A program made the position numbers and the translations under genes. Shown one piece after another: positions 20,271 to 29,425 of a stretch of 64,000 nt of DNA. Source of the stretch: Patescibacteria group bacterium (lineage in GTDB: Bacteria > Patescibacteriota > Minisyncoccia > Phycocordibacterales > UBA1006); NCBI GenBank assembly GCA_020428645.1, contig JAGQMN010000001.1:532-64531 (forward strand). The letters are read 5' to 3'. Every line of letters starts with the position of its first letter. Within the stretch, counting starts at the first letter, position 1. Below the pieces are notes generated by a model. The model saw nothing but the letters and a program-made list of their open reading frames with translations. It made no database searches and had not been told where the DNA came from.

Positions 20271-20489
20271 TCAAATGGGTTTACAAACAGCATCGTAAAC
20301 CTGGATCATTGCGATCAATATGGTATGCACAAGGACTAAGATAAAACCAGTTATTATAGATAAGACGATTGTTTTACCTTCAATAACTGAAAATCCTTTG
20401 GCAATTACTAACCCTGAAATAAAGAGTAATCCCAATAAACTCACATAACAAGATGTAGTACTTCGGAAGTATTTAAAGATTTTGTTCAT
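20271..20489 (-). CDS. Hypothetical small membrane protein (72 aa)
   Basis: Two hydrophobic helices. ORF only. Confidence 0.3.
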   Translation of the reverse strand: MNKIFKYFRSTTSCYVSLLGLLFISGLVIAKGFSVIEGKTIVLSIITGFILVLVHTILIAMIQVYDAVCKPI

Positions 20490-20613
20490 TTTTTAAAAGT
20501 CTTTAGTGATTATGAATATCCTCATAAAAGAACATTCATAATCACTAAAAGAGCTTTAATTTCATTATAATATTTAATTATTTTATGTCAAAAAACAAGC
20601 ACAAGCTTGTTTT

Positions 20614-21987
20614 TTAAAACTCATCATCGAGCCCTCCTCCTTCATAATCTTGATGTTTTTTGTCGAGATCGAGGAAGGTGGTTCTCGCTTCATCAAAGAA
20701 GAGTTGGCAGTATCCGACCGCACCGTTTCGGTGTTTTTCAATGAGGATGTCAGTAATTTGACTGCGACCGACGCCATCCTCGTTGCGTTCTTTGTGGAGG
20801 AACATTACGACATCAGCGTCCTGTTCGATCGAGCCAGAATCACGAAGGTCAGAGAGTCGTGGTTTACCACCTCGTTGTTCAACTGCACGCGAGAGCTGTG
20901 AGAGTGCAATGACCGGTACTTCAAGCTCACGTGCGAGTGCCTTGAGCGAGCGTGAAATTTCGGTTACCTGGTTCACCATCGAATCGTAGTTTTTTGATGT
21001 AGTCATGAGCTGAAGATAATCGACGAATACCAGTCCAAGCCCATGTTCAGCTTTCAATCGGCGAGCAGTCGATCGCATGTGATTGATGCTGTTTCCTGGT
21101 TTGTCGTCTATATAGATTGGGGCTTTGCTCAATGTTTCCATAGCTTGCGAGATACGCGCAAAGTCGTCATCAGTGAGTCCGCGCCCGGTTCGAATTCGCC
21201 AGGCATCGACCTGTGCCTGTGCCGAGAGCATACGATCGGTCAACTGGTCAGCGCTCATTTCGAGCGAGAAGAAACCAACCGGAACGTTGTGGTTGACTGC
21301 GACTTTGCGGGCGATATCGAGTGCCAGCGAAGTCTTACCTGTTGATGGTCGGGCTGCGATAATGATCAAATCAGATTCTTGAAATCCAGAAAGGATATTG
21401 TCGAGCGCTATATATCCCGTTGGCACACCGCGAAGTTTGCCATCACCCTGGGACAAGATTTCAAGTTTCTCCCACGATTTTGGAATGATGTCTTTGATGC
21501 TCGTAAATTTATCACCACCTTTTGGATTTGCAGTGATGGTGAATACTTTTTTCTCAGCGTCATCGAGTACCTTGTCAATTTCTTCGTCTTCTTGGAATCC
21601 GAGCTCACTGACGTAATCACCAGCCTCGATGAGTTTGCGTAGGGTTGATTTATTACCAACTGTTTTTGCGTAGTAGTCGATGTTGGTTGACGAGGGTACC
21701 GTATTAGCGAGTTCGTTCAGGTACGACAATCCACCTGCCTGTTCAGCCAAATTCATGCTGGTTAATTTTTCTGATACTGATACGAGGTCGATGGGATCAC
21801 CAACCCGCGCGAGTTCTGTCATGATGCGAAAAATAACTCGATGTTTCTGCACGTAGAAATCGTCTTCATGAATCTGATCAATCACGTCGTTCAATGCGAC
21901 CGGACGGAGCATAATAGAACCGAGAAGTGCTCGCTCAGCATCGATGTTTTGCGGTGGTACCCGCAGATTGTGTGTCTGTTGTGCCAT
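20614..21987 (-). CDS. dnaB: Replicative DNA helicase DnaB
   Basis: N-terminal AERALLGSIM, Walker A ARPSTGKTSLAL, Walker B LVFVDYLQLM and the RecA-like C-terminal domain. Confidence 0.9.
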   Translation of the reverse strand: MAQQTHNLRVPPQNIDAERALLGSIMLRPVALNDVIDQIHEDDFYVQKHRVIFRIMTELARVGDPIDLVSVSEKLTSMNLAEQAGGLSYLNELANTVPSSTNIDYYAKTVGNKSTLRKLIEAGDYVSELGFQEDEEIDKVLDDAEKKVFTITANPKGGDKFTSIKDIIPKSWEKLEILSQGDGKLRGVPTGYIALDNILSGFQESDLIIIAARPSTGKTSLALDIARKVAVNHNVPVGFFSLEMSADQLTDRMLSAQAQVDAWRIRTGRGLTDDDFARISQAMETLSKAPIYIDDKPGNSINHMRSTARRLKAEHGLGLVFVDYLQLMTTSKNYDSMVNQVTEISRSLKALARELEVPVIALSQLSRAVEQRGGKPRLSDLRDSGSIEQDADVVMFLHKERNEDGVGRSQITDILIEKHRNGAVGYCQLFFDEARTTFLDLDKKHQDYEGGGLDDEF

Positions 21988-22115
21988 AAGAGTATGGATG
22001 CATTGTAACCGAGGTTACCGATAAGCAAAAATTTCTATCGGGGAAACGCTGTGGATCGATATGGGGATAATAGCAATGACTTACAAAAAATTTGTTTTTA
22101 CGTATAATCAGCACC

Positions 22116-22997
22116 ATGAAAAAACTTTCTCGAGAACGAACAGGGGAGGCGATCATCCTCAGCGAATCAATCGTATGGGGTTTATTTCCTATTTTAGTTA
22201 TCCTCTCATCACAAGGATTAGCGCCTATTACCGCTCTCGCGTGGACGACAGGAATTTCTATACTGTTTTTTGCGATTGTTATTATTCTTCGAAAATCATG
22301 GAAACCGATATGGAGCCCGGATATTCTGTTCAAGCTATCGATGATTGCTTTAATTACAGGTATTATTTTGTACGTTCTGTATTACATTGGTCTTCAACAT
22401 ACCACTGCAGGGAACGCTGCCATCATTGGTACGTCTGAAATTTTGTTTTCCTACCTTTTCTTCAATGTATGGAAAAAGGAATACATGAGTGCTACCTACA
22501 TCACAGGAGCTACTCTCATGTTTTTAGGTGTGGTCGTTGTGCTGTCGCCTAATTTTCATGGATTACAGATAGGTGATCTGTTGATTGTGCTCGCAATGAT
22601 GGTCGCACCTCTTGGAAATCATTTTCAAAAAGGGTTACGTGCTGATATCAGTAGCGAGCAGATACTGTTGTTCCGAACCATCATTGCAACGCCGGTGTTG
22701 TTCGTACTCGCATGGGTACTTGGCGAGTCAGTGAGTATTCCATCTATGAACCTATGGTGGGCGATTCTCATTAATGGCTTCATTATGTTTGGTCTCACTA
22801 AAATTTTGTGGATCGAGAGCATCTATCGGCTTGGCGTTACCAAGGCAATCTCGCTTTCGAGTGTGTCGCCGATTTTTACACTCGTGTTTGCCTACATTAT
22901 TTTTAAAGATCAACCAACATTAATTCAAATTATTGCAGTACCGCTGAGTATTCTAGGAATTTATCTCCTAACTCGTCCTGTCAAAAAAACCACATAA
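22116..22997 (+). CDS. EamA/DMT-superfamily transporter
   Basis: Ten predicted TM helices in two EamA-like halves. An alternative TTG start at 22092 is possible. Confidence 0.7.
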   Translation: MKKLSRERTGEAIILSESIVWGLFPILVILSSQGLAPITALAWTTGISILFFAIVIILRKSWKPIWSPDILFKLSMIALITGIILYVLYYIGLQHTTAGNAAIIGTSEILFSYLFFNVWKKEYMSATYITGATLMFLGVVVVLSPNFHGLQIGDLLIVLAMMVAPLGNHFQKGLRADISSEQILLFRTIIATPVLFVLAWVLGESVSIPSMNLWWAILINGFIMFGLTKILWIESIYRLGVTKAISLSSVSPIFTLVFAYIIFKDQPTLIQIIAVPLSILGIYLLTRPVKKTT

Positions 22998-23075
22998 TCT
23001 ACTTGATATAAATACAAATAATTGTTAAATTAAAATCCAGAATGTACATCAATTACAAACTTTATACACAAGAAT

Positions 23076-23705
23076 ATGAAAAAAACATTAATGGTATTTG
23101 CTTCTGGTACTGAGACCGGTGGTGGTTCAGGGTTTCAAGTATTAGCAAAATCAGCTCAAAAAGGCATCATCGATGGTGATATTGTTGCTGTTGTATCTAA
23201 CCATGCCTATGGCGGCGTGAAAGAAAAGGCGGATGAATTAGGAATTCCATTTATTCACTTTGATGGACCTTACACTAAATCTGCTTACCAGGATATTGTT
23301 TCGCAATTTCAACCTGATTTGGTGTGTCTCTCTGGATGGTTAAAGTTAGTTAAGGGTCTAGATCCTAAAACCACTATCAACATTCATCCAGGTCCACTTC
23401 CTAGGTATGGAGGAAGGGGTATGTACGGTCAGCATGTACATGAAGCAGTTTTCAATGATGGGTTACAAAACAGTGCTGTGACCATGCATTTTGTAACAAA
23501 GAAGTATGATCAAGGTCCAATATTCTTTCAGATACCTGTTGATATTTCTTCCGCTACCACTGCCCATGGGATTAGTCGTTTGGTTAATCGTGTCGAACAT
23601 ACTTGGCAACCTGTTATTACCAATATGGTTTTGCAGGGTGATATCTCCTGGGATGGTAGTAACCCACAATCCCTCAGAATACCAAAAGAATATGACCACC
23701 TCTAA
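23076..23705 (+). CDS. Formyltransferase, PurN-like (phosphoribosylglycinamide formyltransferase family)
   Basis: NIHPGPLPRYGG...HFVTKKYDQGPIFFQIPV aligns with the PurN motifs NIHPSLLP...HFVTDELDGGPVILQ. Confidence 0.7.
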   Translation: MKKTLMVFASGTETGGGSGFQVLAKSAQKGIIDGDIVAVVSNHAYGGVKEKADELGIPFIHFDGPYTKSAYQDIVSQFQPDLVCLSGWLKLVKGLDPKTTINIHPGPLPRYGGRGMYGQHVHEAVFNDGLQNSAVTMHFVTKKYDQGPIFFQIPVDISSATTAHGISRLVNRVEHTWQPVITNMVLQGDISWDGSNPQSLRIPKEYDHL

Positions 23706-23794
23706 AGACAATTAATATTCTACATTCCCATCTCTACAATAAGGTGGGTTTTTTATTATGTAAATTAAAAAAACCATTGTGATATACTATATCC

Positions 23795-25759
23795 ATGTCA
23801 AACGGGGAACAAGTCACCTACTTTGCAGAGACCGATTTTCGGAATAACCGCACGAAGTTTGGTATCAAAAACAAAGACCGTTCACGTCACGTCTACGTCA
23901 TCGGAAAGACGGGAATGGGGAAATCAACGCTCCTTGAAAATATGGCAGCGCAAGACATCCTTAATGGAGAAGGGATGTGTTTTATGGATCCCCATGGTTC
24001 AGCGATTGATACACTTCTTGAATACGTACCATCACATCGTGTGCGTGATATTGTGTACTTCGCACCTTTTGATACTGATTACCCTATTTCATTTAATGTA
24101 CTTGAAGCAGTTGAACCCGATCGACGCCACTTGGTTGTAGCTGGACTCATGGCATCGTTCAAGAAGATTTGGGTTGATGCCTGGTCTGCTCGTATGGAGT
24201 ACATTCTCTCAAACACCCTCCTTGCGCTCCTCGAATACCCGAATGCAACACTCCTTGGAGTCAATCGCATGCTCGCTGAGAAAGACTATCGCAATGATGT
24301 GATTAAACATGTGACTGATGCGTCAGTGCGTTCATTTTGGATTGATGAGTACAACAAATGGGATCCACGATACGCACGTGAAGCGGGGGCTGCTATTCAG
24401 AACAAAATCGGTCAATTTACGGCGAATCCATTGATTCGTAATATTATTGGGCAACAACACTCGTCCATCGATTTTCGAAAGATTATGGATGAGAAAAAGA
24501 TTCTCCTCGTAAACCTCTCGAAAGGACTCATTGGTGAATCCAATGGAAACCTTCTTGGGGGAATGCTCATTACCAAGTTGTTTCTTGGTGCTCTGTCGCG
24601 AGCCGATGTCGGTGCAACCAGGTTGAATCAACTCCCTGATTTCTTTTTCTTTGTGGACGAGTTTCAAAACTTTGCTAATGAATCGTTTGCTGACATTCTG
24701 TCTGAAGCACGTAAGTACAAGCTCAACCTTACGGTTGCTCATCAATACGTTGACCAAATGGAGGAATCAGTTGCATCGGCAATTTTTGGTAACGTGGGAA
24801 CGATGATCACCTTTCGTATTGGAGCAAACGATGCAGAAATCTTTGAAAAACAATTTGCTCCAACGTTTACTTCAGAAGACCTGGTGAACCTCGGTAAATT
24901 CCAGATTTACCTCTCATTGATGATTGACGGGATTGGATCTCGACCCTTTTCAGCACGCACCATTGCACCCGTTGAGCGACCACCTGTTTCTATGCGCGCG
25001 GAAATTATTCAATCATCGCGAGAACAGTTTGCACGACCACGGAAAGAAGTTGAAATGAGTATTACGGAATGGTACGAGCCAGTGAATAAACCTGAAAAAC
25101 GTACGTTTCGTAATGATGATGGGAGTATGCCAAAAGCGAATACCAACGCCACACCTTCAATATCACCCAAAAAAATTGAAAAACAGAGTTTCATTATTCC
25201 GAAGGGTGAACGAGATAATGGTTCTAGCCCTTTGAAAAAGGTCGCAAAAGAACTTGATGAAAAAGAAGCTGAACTTGAAATGAAGAAAATTGTTTCACCA
25301 AAGTTGAATAGCTTGCTTGATAAAATGGGAGGTGGTGAGGAAAAGAAAATTCTCCCAGAAGTTGTTGAAAATATACGCAAGCATGACGTAACATCAGAGC
25401 CACTTAAAAAAACAGGGAACGTTCAGACATCTGAAACAAAGATACCCGAATCGGTCACTCAACGTGCTGCCTCAGTCAATAAACAACAGCCAGCTACATC
25501 TGATCGCGGGGCAAAAGTAGATACCATGTCCTCTCTTCAAGAAGTTCTTAAAAAAGCTATGGGTGGGAAGCGTACTGTTCAAAAGCAGGTTCGCAAACAA
25601 CCGAACCAGTCTGGACCAACAATTCAACAACCTAAACAATCGAATCATGATACAACTCAACAACACAAACAAGATACAAGCACAATATCATCACCGCAAA
25701 CCAATACTGAACAAAAAAAAGAAGTACCAGAAGATGTACTTCGGGGTATTTTCAGTTAA
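23795..25759 (+). CDS. Type IV secretion coupling-protein-like ATPase (VirD4/TraD/TraG family), soluble, with a long low-complexity C-terminal tail
   Basis: Walker A HVYVIGKTGMGKST, Walker B FFFFVDEFQNF, and a downstream EARKYKLNLTVAHQYVDQ that resembles the coupling-protein ARKYG...(T/A)xQ motif. No N-terminal TM helix. The last ~230 aa are K/E/Q/T/S-rich and lack a domain I recognise. Confidence 0.55.
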   Translation: MSNGEQVTYFAETDFRNNRTKFGIKNKDRSRHVYVIGKTGMGKSTLLENMAAQDILNGEGMCFMDPHGSAIDTLLEYVPSHRVRDIVYFAPFDTDYPISFNVLEAVEPDRRHLVVAGLMASFKKIWVDAWSARMEYILSNTLLALLEYPNATLLGVNRMLAEKDYRNDVIKHVTDASVRSFWIDEYNKWDPRYAREAGAAIQNKIGQFTANPLIRNIIGQQHSSIDFRKIMDEKKILLVNLSKGLIGESNGNLLGGMLITKLFLGALSRADVGATRLNQLPDFFFFVDEFQNFANESFADILSEARKYKLNLTVAHQYVDQMEESVASAIFGNVGTMITFRIGANDAEIFEKQFAPTFTSEDLVNLGKFQIYLSLMIDGIGSRPFSARTIAPVERPPVSMRAEIIQSSREQFARPRKEVEMSITEWYEPVNKPEKRTFRNDDGSMPKANTNATPSISPKKIEKQSFIIPKGERDNGSSPLKKVAKELDEKEAELEMKKIVSPKLNSLLDKMGGGEEKKILPEVVENIRKHDVTSEPLKKTGNVQTSETKIPESVTQRAASVNKQQPATSDRGAKVDTMSSLQEVLKKAMGGKRTVQKQVRKQPNQSGPTIQQPKQSNHDTTQQHKQDTSTISSPQTNTEQKKEVPEDVLRGIFS

Positions 25760-27197
25760 ATTCTTTGTTCTCCTCCTTTTTATTTGTGTTCCTCATATAC
25801 TGCTTGCCCAAGTTGAGATTACTGAGGTAATGTATGATCACGAGGGTACCGATTCTGGTTTTGAATGGGTAGAAATCTATAATAGTGGAAGTAGTGATAT
25901 CGATATTGGATCGTGGTACTTTTTTGAAAATGACACGTACCACGGATTAACACCCGATGGATTTGTCTCGATCGGTGCGGGTGAACGTGCACTAATTGTT
26001 CAAAACCTTGAAAATATATATGCTGAATTTGGTTCATCACTTAACCTTGTGAAAAGTTCATTTTCGCTTAACAATACTGGCGAGACGATTGCGCTTGCTG
26101 ATCAGAATCGTACCACCCAAGATGAAATTACCTATTCAGCTGATGGCGGAGCGCTCGGTAATGGTAATAGCATACAACTTACAAACGGAATATGGATTGA
26201 AGCGTTACCTACACCAGGTAGTGTAAACGCAAGAGAAGGTGATCCTGGTGATACGAATAACGCGACAACATCCTCGTCTTCGACAAGTACAACAAAAAAA
26301 GAAGTAGTTGTTGATGACTACTACACTGGTTACCTTACCATAGAGAAGCAAGCAATCAGTGGTTCACCAACGAATATTGAAGCGTACGTTGTTCATACGC
26401 GTAATGGTCAAGATACAAAGCTCAAGAGGGGTGTCTTTTATCTTAATTTTGGTGATGGTTCTGTGTATACTTCGGACGAACGATTTGAAACACAACATGT
26501 GTACCAGTATCCTGGTGAATATCAGGTTGTTCTTGAATACTACCGGAGTATGCTTGCCCAAGAGGCAGGTGAAGATCCAAAGGTAATGATTAACAAACGC
26601 ATACAGGTACACGATCATGTTCTCTCGATTGTGGCTGTTGATGGTAGTGGTGGTGTTACCATTCACAATGGTGCATCCATACCTATTGATCTTGATGGAT
26701 GGAGTCTTGTATACGATAATCATACGTATACCTTTCCACGATACTTGATGCTTGCATCACAAGGAGAAGTGACCATTCCACGTACTATTCATAACCTGGG
26801 ATACGTACACGCTGGCAGTATTCGACTTTTGAATGAAATTGGTGAAATAATGCAGGTTGGTGTAGCAACACCACCCATTGCAATATATTCTGAACACGTA
26901 GAAGGGGATGATACCCTTGAAGAAGTACCTATCACCAGTGACGCAACTACAGCACTTGTGAATTTTTTGGCAGAACACCCCGATAAACAAGTTGTAGATT
27001 TTGGAGAGGCCTCACAGTCACAGAATCAAACTCAAGGCGATCAATCTACACATACGAGCCGCCTGTTTATTATGACACTTGTTGTGGGTGTTGTTGCACT
27101 CCTTCTTGTGCTCATTCGTGCACGTTACCGTACATCACAAATAGACGAACGAGGTGCTGAGCTTCAGGTAATTGGTGATATTGAATTAATAGAATAA
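25734..27197 (+). CDS. Lamin-tail-domain (LTD) protein with a C-terminal membrane anchor
   Basis: N-terminal signal/TM, then VEITEVMYDHEGTDSGFEWVEIYNSGSSDIDIGSWYF...LNNTGETIAL, which is an LTD signature. A second LTD-like segment follows (DGSGGVTIHNGASIPIDLDGWSLVYDN), and there is a C-terminal TM (LFIMTLVVGVVALLLVLI). Start set at the ATG at 25734, overlapping the upstream gene by 26 nt. Confidence 0.6.
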   Translation: MYFGVFSVKFFVLLLFICVPHILLAQVEITEVMYDHEGTDSGFEWVEIYNSGSSDIDIGSWYFFENDTYHGLTPDGFVSIGAGERALIVQNLENIYAEFGSSLNLVKSSFSLNNTGETIALADQNRTTQDEITYSADGGALGNGNSIQLTNGIWIEALPTPGSVNAREGDPGDTNNATTSSSSTSTTKKEVVVDDYYTGYLTIEKQAISGSPTNIEAYVVHTRNGQDTKLKRGVFYLNFGDGSVYTSDERFETQHVYQYPGEYQVVLEYYRSMLAQEAGEDPKVMINKRIQVHDHVLSIVAVDGSGGVTIHNGASIPIDLDGWSLVYDNHTYTFPRYLMLASQGEVTIPRTIHNLGYVHAGSIRLLNEIGEIMQVGVATPPIAIYSEHVEGDDTLEEVPITSDATTALVNFLAEHPDKQVVDFGEASQSQNQTQGDQSTHTSRLFIMTLVVGVVALLLVLIRARYRTSQIDERGAELQVIGDIELIE

Positions 27198-27209
27198 ACA
27201 ATTAAAAAA

Positions 27210-28535
27210 CTACTCTCTGGTAGTTTTTTCTTGTGCTTGTAACAGCAAGTTCTGATCCACGGTTTCAGTATCTGATACGGTTTCAGTTGGTTTTTGATTC
27301 ACCGTGATTCCAAGATCAAACGCGAGTTCTTGGACAATAAATTGCTCTTGGTAGTAAGTGAGCACCTCTTGTAGTGCGACGAAGGCCTTTTTATACTTAC
27401 CTCGTTCAATAAGATCCTCAACGTTTTTATACACTGCCACTTCATCAAAGGTCTCAGTGAGTGCGTAAACCCCCTCTTGAAGTGTAAGCTTTTGCTTTAC
27501 CTTCTTGATTTCCTTTTTTAGATCAAGAATCTCTTTCAATGAATCAATCTCATTTTCAAGATCATGTACATCAACCTGTTCAGTAGGTGATTTAACAACA
27601 TCAACCCGTTCAGTAGGTTGTTCTTTTACTGATGGTTGCGATGTTGGTTCAGCAGTATTCATATCTTGATGAATCTCTTCCTCTTCATCTTTCGTTAGTT
27701 CTTCTGAAACTGCATCTTCAAATGCTTCAATGTTTTTTACTTCTTCTTCAATACTTTCCAAGAGAGATTCCGCTGATGATACAGATACGTCCACGTATTT
27801 ACCATCTTCTTGGTGTGTAGGAGAAGATTCTTGTGTAGTTTCTTGTGATGTATTTTCAGCATTATCTTCCTGTATTTGCTGTGCATCCACCTCGTTTTCA
27901 GTATCCTGTATTTCAACAACATCTACTTCGTTTTCATCCGTTTGTACACCATCATCAGAAACTTTTTGTTTTTCAACAGTGGTAGTTACATGCTTGAGCG
28001 CCTCGGCATTTAGTTTTATGGTTGACTTAAGTTCAGCGTTTAGGACCAATGCATCTTCAGGGTGTTCTGATTTTACTTCATTGATACGTTCTGTTACCTT
28101 GTTGGTTTGTTTCTTGATGGTATCGGCTATTTGAATTTGAGTTACCTCGTCAAGATCATGTTGTGTTGCTAGTTCGGTTGCTTCACGAATACGTTTTTCC
28201 GTTCGTTTGATTTCGTAACTGATTTTCTTTTTGGTATCAAAGGTTGTAGCAAGCTTAATCTCTTCGTGTACAATTTTCACAGGGTAGAGCGTATCTCCAG
28301 GGAGTGCTTGTCCAGACGCGACATTCGAGAGCGATCCAACAACCAGAATAACAACAAATGCCATAGCTAACCCTCGTCGCATGAGAAATACTACATGATG
28401 ATACGGGCTCACCACAGGGGTATACGACAGCGCAAAAGATGTGAGGTGATTACGCATCTCATCTTTCTCGTATGAAGTCATTTTGATTGACTCAATGTCT
28501 CCTATGAATTTTTCTAGTCGATTGTTAGGTTTCAT
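27210..28535 (-). CDS. DUF5667-like membrane protein (putative anti-sigma-factor-like partner of the ECF sigma)
   Basis: One TM helix after a short cytoplasmic N-terminus, then a long E/K/T-rich extracytoplasmic region. It is co-oriented with the ECF sigma gene and overlaps it by 11 nt. Confidence 0.5.
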   Translation of the reverse strand: MKPNNRLEKFIGDIESIKMTSYEKDEMRNHLTSFALSYTPVVSPYHHVVFLMRRGLAMAFVVILVVGSLSNVASGQALPGDTLYPVKIVHEEIKLATTFDTKKKISYEIKRTEKRIREATELATQHDLDEVTQIQIADTIKKQTNKVTERINEVKSEHPEDALVLNAELKSTIKLNAEALKHVTTTVEKQKVSDDGVQTDENEVDVVEIQDTENEVDAQQIQEDNAENTSQETTQESSPTHQEDGKYVDVSVSSAESLLESIEEEVKNIEAFEDAVSEELTKDEEEEIHQDMNTAEPTSQPSVKEQPTERVDVVKSPTEQVDVHDLENEIDSLKEILDLKKEIKKVKQKLTLQEGVYALTETFDEVAVYKNVEDLIERGKYKKAFVALQEVLTYYQEQFIVQELAFDLGITVNQKPTETVSDTETVDQNLLLQAQEKTTRE

Positions 28536-29049
28536 ATTCTTCTAAGATTTCGCGAAGTCGTTTGAGTCCGCGGTGGAGGTATACTGATACCGTTTTAGGT
28601 TTCATATCCAAGGTGTGTGCAATTTCCATAATTGAAAAATCGTGCATGAACCTTAGGTTGATGATTTCTCTCGTTGTTTCTGGTAACTGATGAAGAAGGG
28701 TAATTGCTTTCTCACCATCAATTTTATCGACCATACGCGTCTCGTGATCGTCGTGTAGATAGTCGTTGTATGATCCGGCACTAAAGTCTTCCACTAGGAT
28801 TGGCTTCTTTTTTCGGTATCCGTCAATGATGAGGTTGTTGGCAATTCGGTACAAGAGCGGTCGCTCGTTTTCGATGTCTTGTTCTGCGATAATGTATTCC
28901 CAAAACTTCATAAAGGTGTCCTGGGTAATATCGAGCGATCGTGAGCGATTTCGTGTTTTTACCATGCAAAAACGAAAGATATCGTCAGAGTACTTTTCGT
29001 AGTACTCTATGAACTGTTCAGTATACTGTTGTTTGTCTTCGTCTTTCAT
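28525..29049 (-). CDS. RNA polymerase sigma-70 factor, ECF subfamily
   Basis: Region 2 (DITQDTFMKFWEY...LYRIANNLIIDGYRKKK) and region 4 (REIINLRFMHDFSIMEIAHTLDMKPKTVSVYLHRGLKRLREIL). Confidence 0.8.
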   Translation of the reverse strand: MKDEDKQQYTEQFIEYYEKYSDDIFRFCMVKTRNRSRSLDITQDTFMKFWEYIIAEQDIENERPLLYRIANNLIIDGYRKKKPILVEDFSAGSYNDYLHDDHETRMVDKIDGEKAITLLHQLPETTREIINLRFMHDFSIMEIAHTLDMKPKTVSVYLHRGLKRLREILEEYET

Positions 29050-29177
29050 AGTATATGACGTACGAGTAGGGATATTATTACATATTTTGAGTCAAAACCA
29101 TACGTATGGATGATTGTAAAAATAGGCTATTTTGGTAGTATTACGGTTGTAATTACTTATATAATTTATAACACACT

Positions 29178-29423
29178 ATGGGAGTTAAAGACTTTTTAAT
29201 TAAAAAATTGGTTCGTGCCAAAATGAAGAACCTACCACAAAATCAGCAAGATATGCTCATTGCTTTAGTTTCTGAAAACCCGGAATTTTTCAAGAAGATT
29301 CAATCACAGATTGAAGCTAAGAAAAAACAAGGTCAAAATGAGCAACTCGCAATGATGCAGGTCATGCGTGAAAACCAGGCTGAAATCCAAAAACTCATGC
29401 TTGCGTGGCAATCGAAACAATAG
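29178..29423 (+). CDS. Hypothetical small protein (81 aa), coiled-coil-like
   Basis: ORF only. Its stop abuts the ychF start. Confidence 0.3.
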   Translation: MGVKDFLIKKLVRAKMKNLPQNQQDMLIALVSENPEFFKKIQSQIEAKKKQGQNEQLAMMQVMRENQAEIQKLMLAWQSKQ

Positions 29424-29425
29424 AC

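Noticed and set aside
23076-23705. Methionyl-tRNA formyltransferase instead of PurN
   Set aside because: The protein is only 209 aa and lacks the Fmt C-terminal domain. Its motifs align best with the PurN family. The exact substrate is still uncertain.
25563-25733. Longer LTD-protein ORF starting at 25563
   Set aside because: It lies entirely inside the upstream ATPase gene in another frame. The signal-peptide-bearing start MYFGVFSVKFFVLLLF at 25734 is the plausible start.
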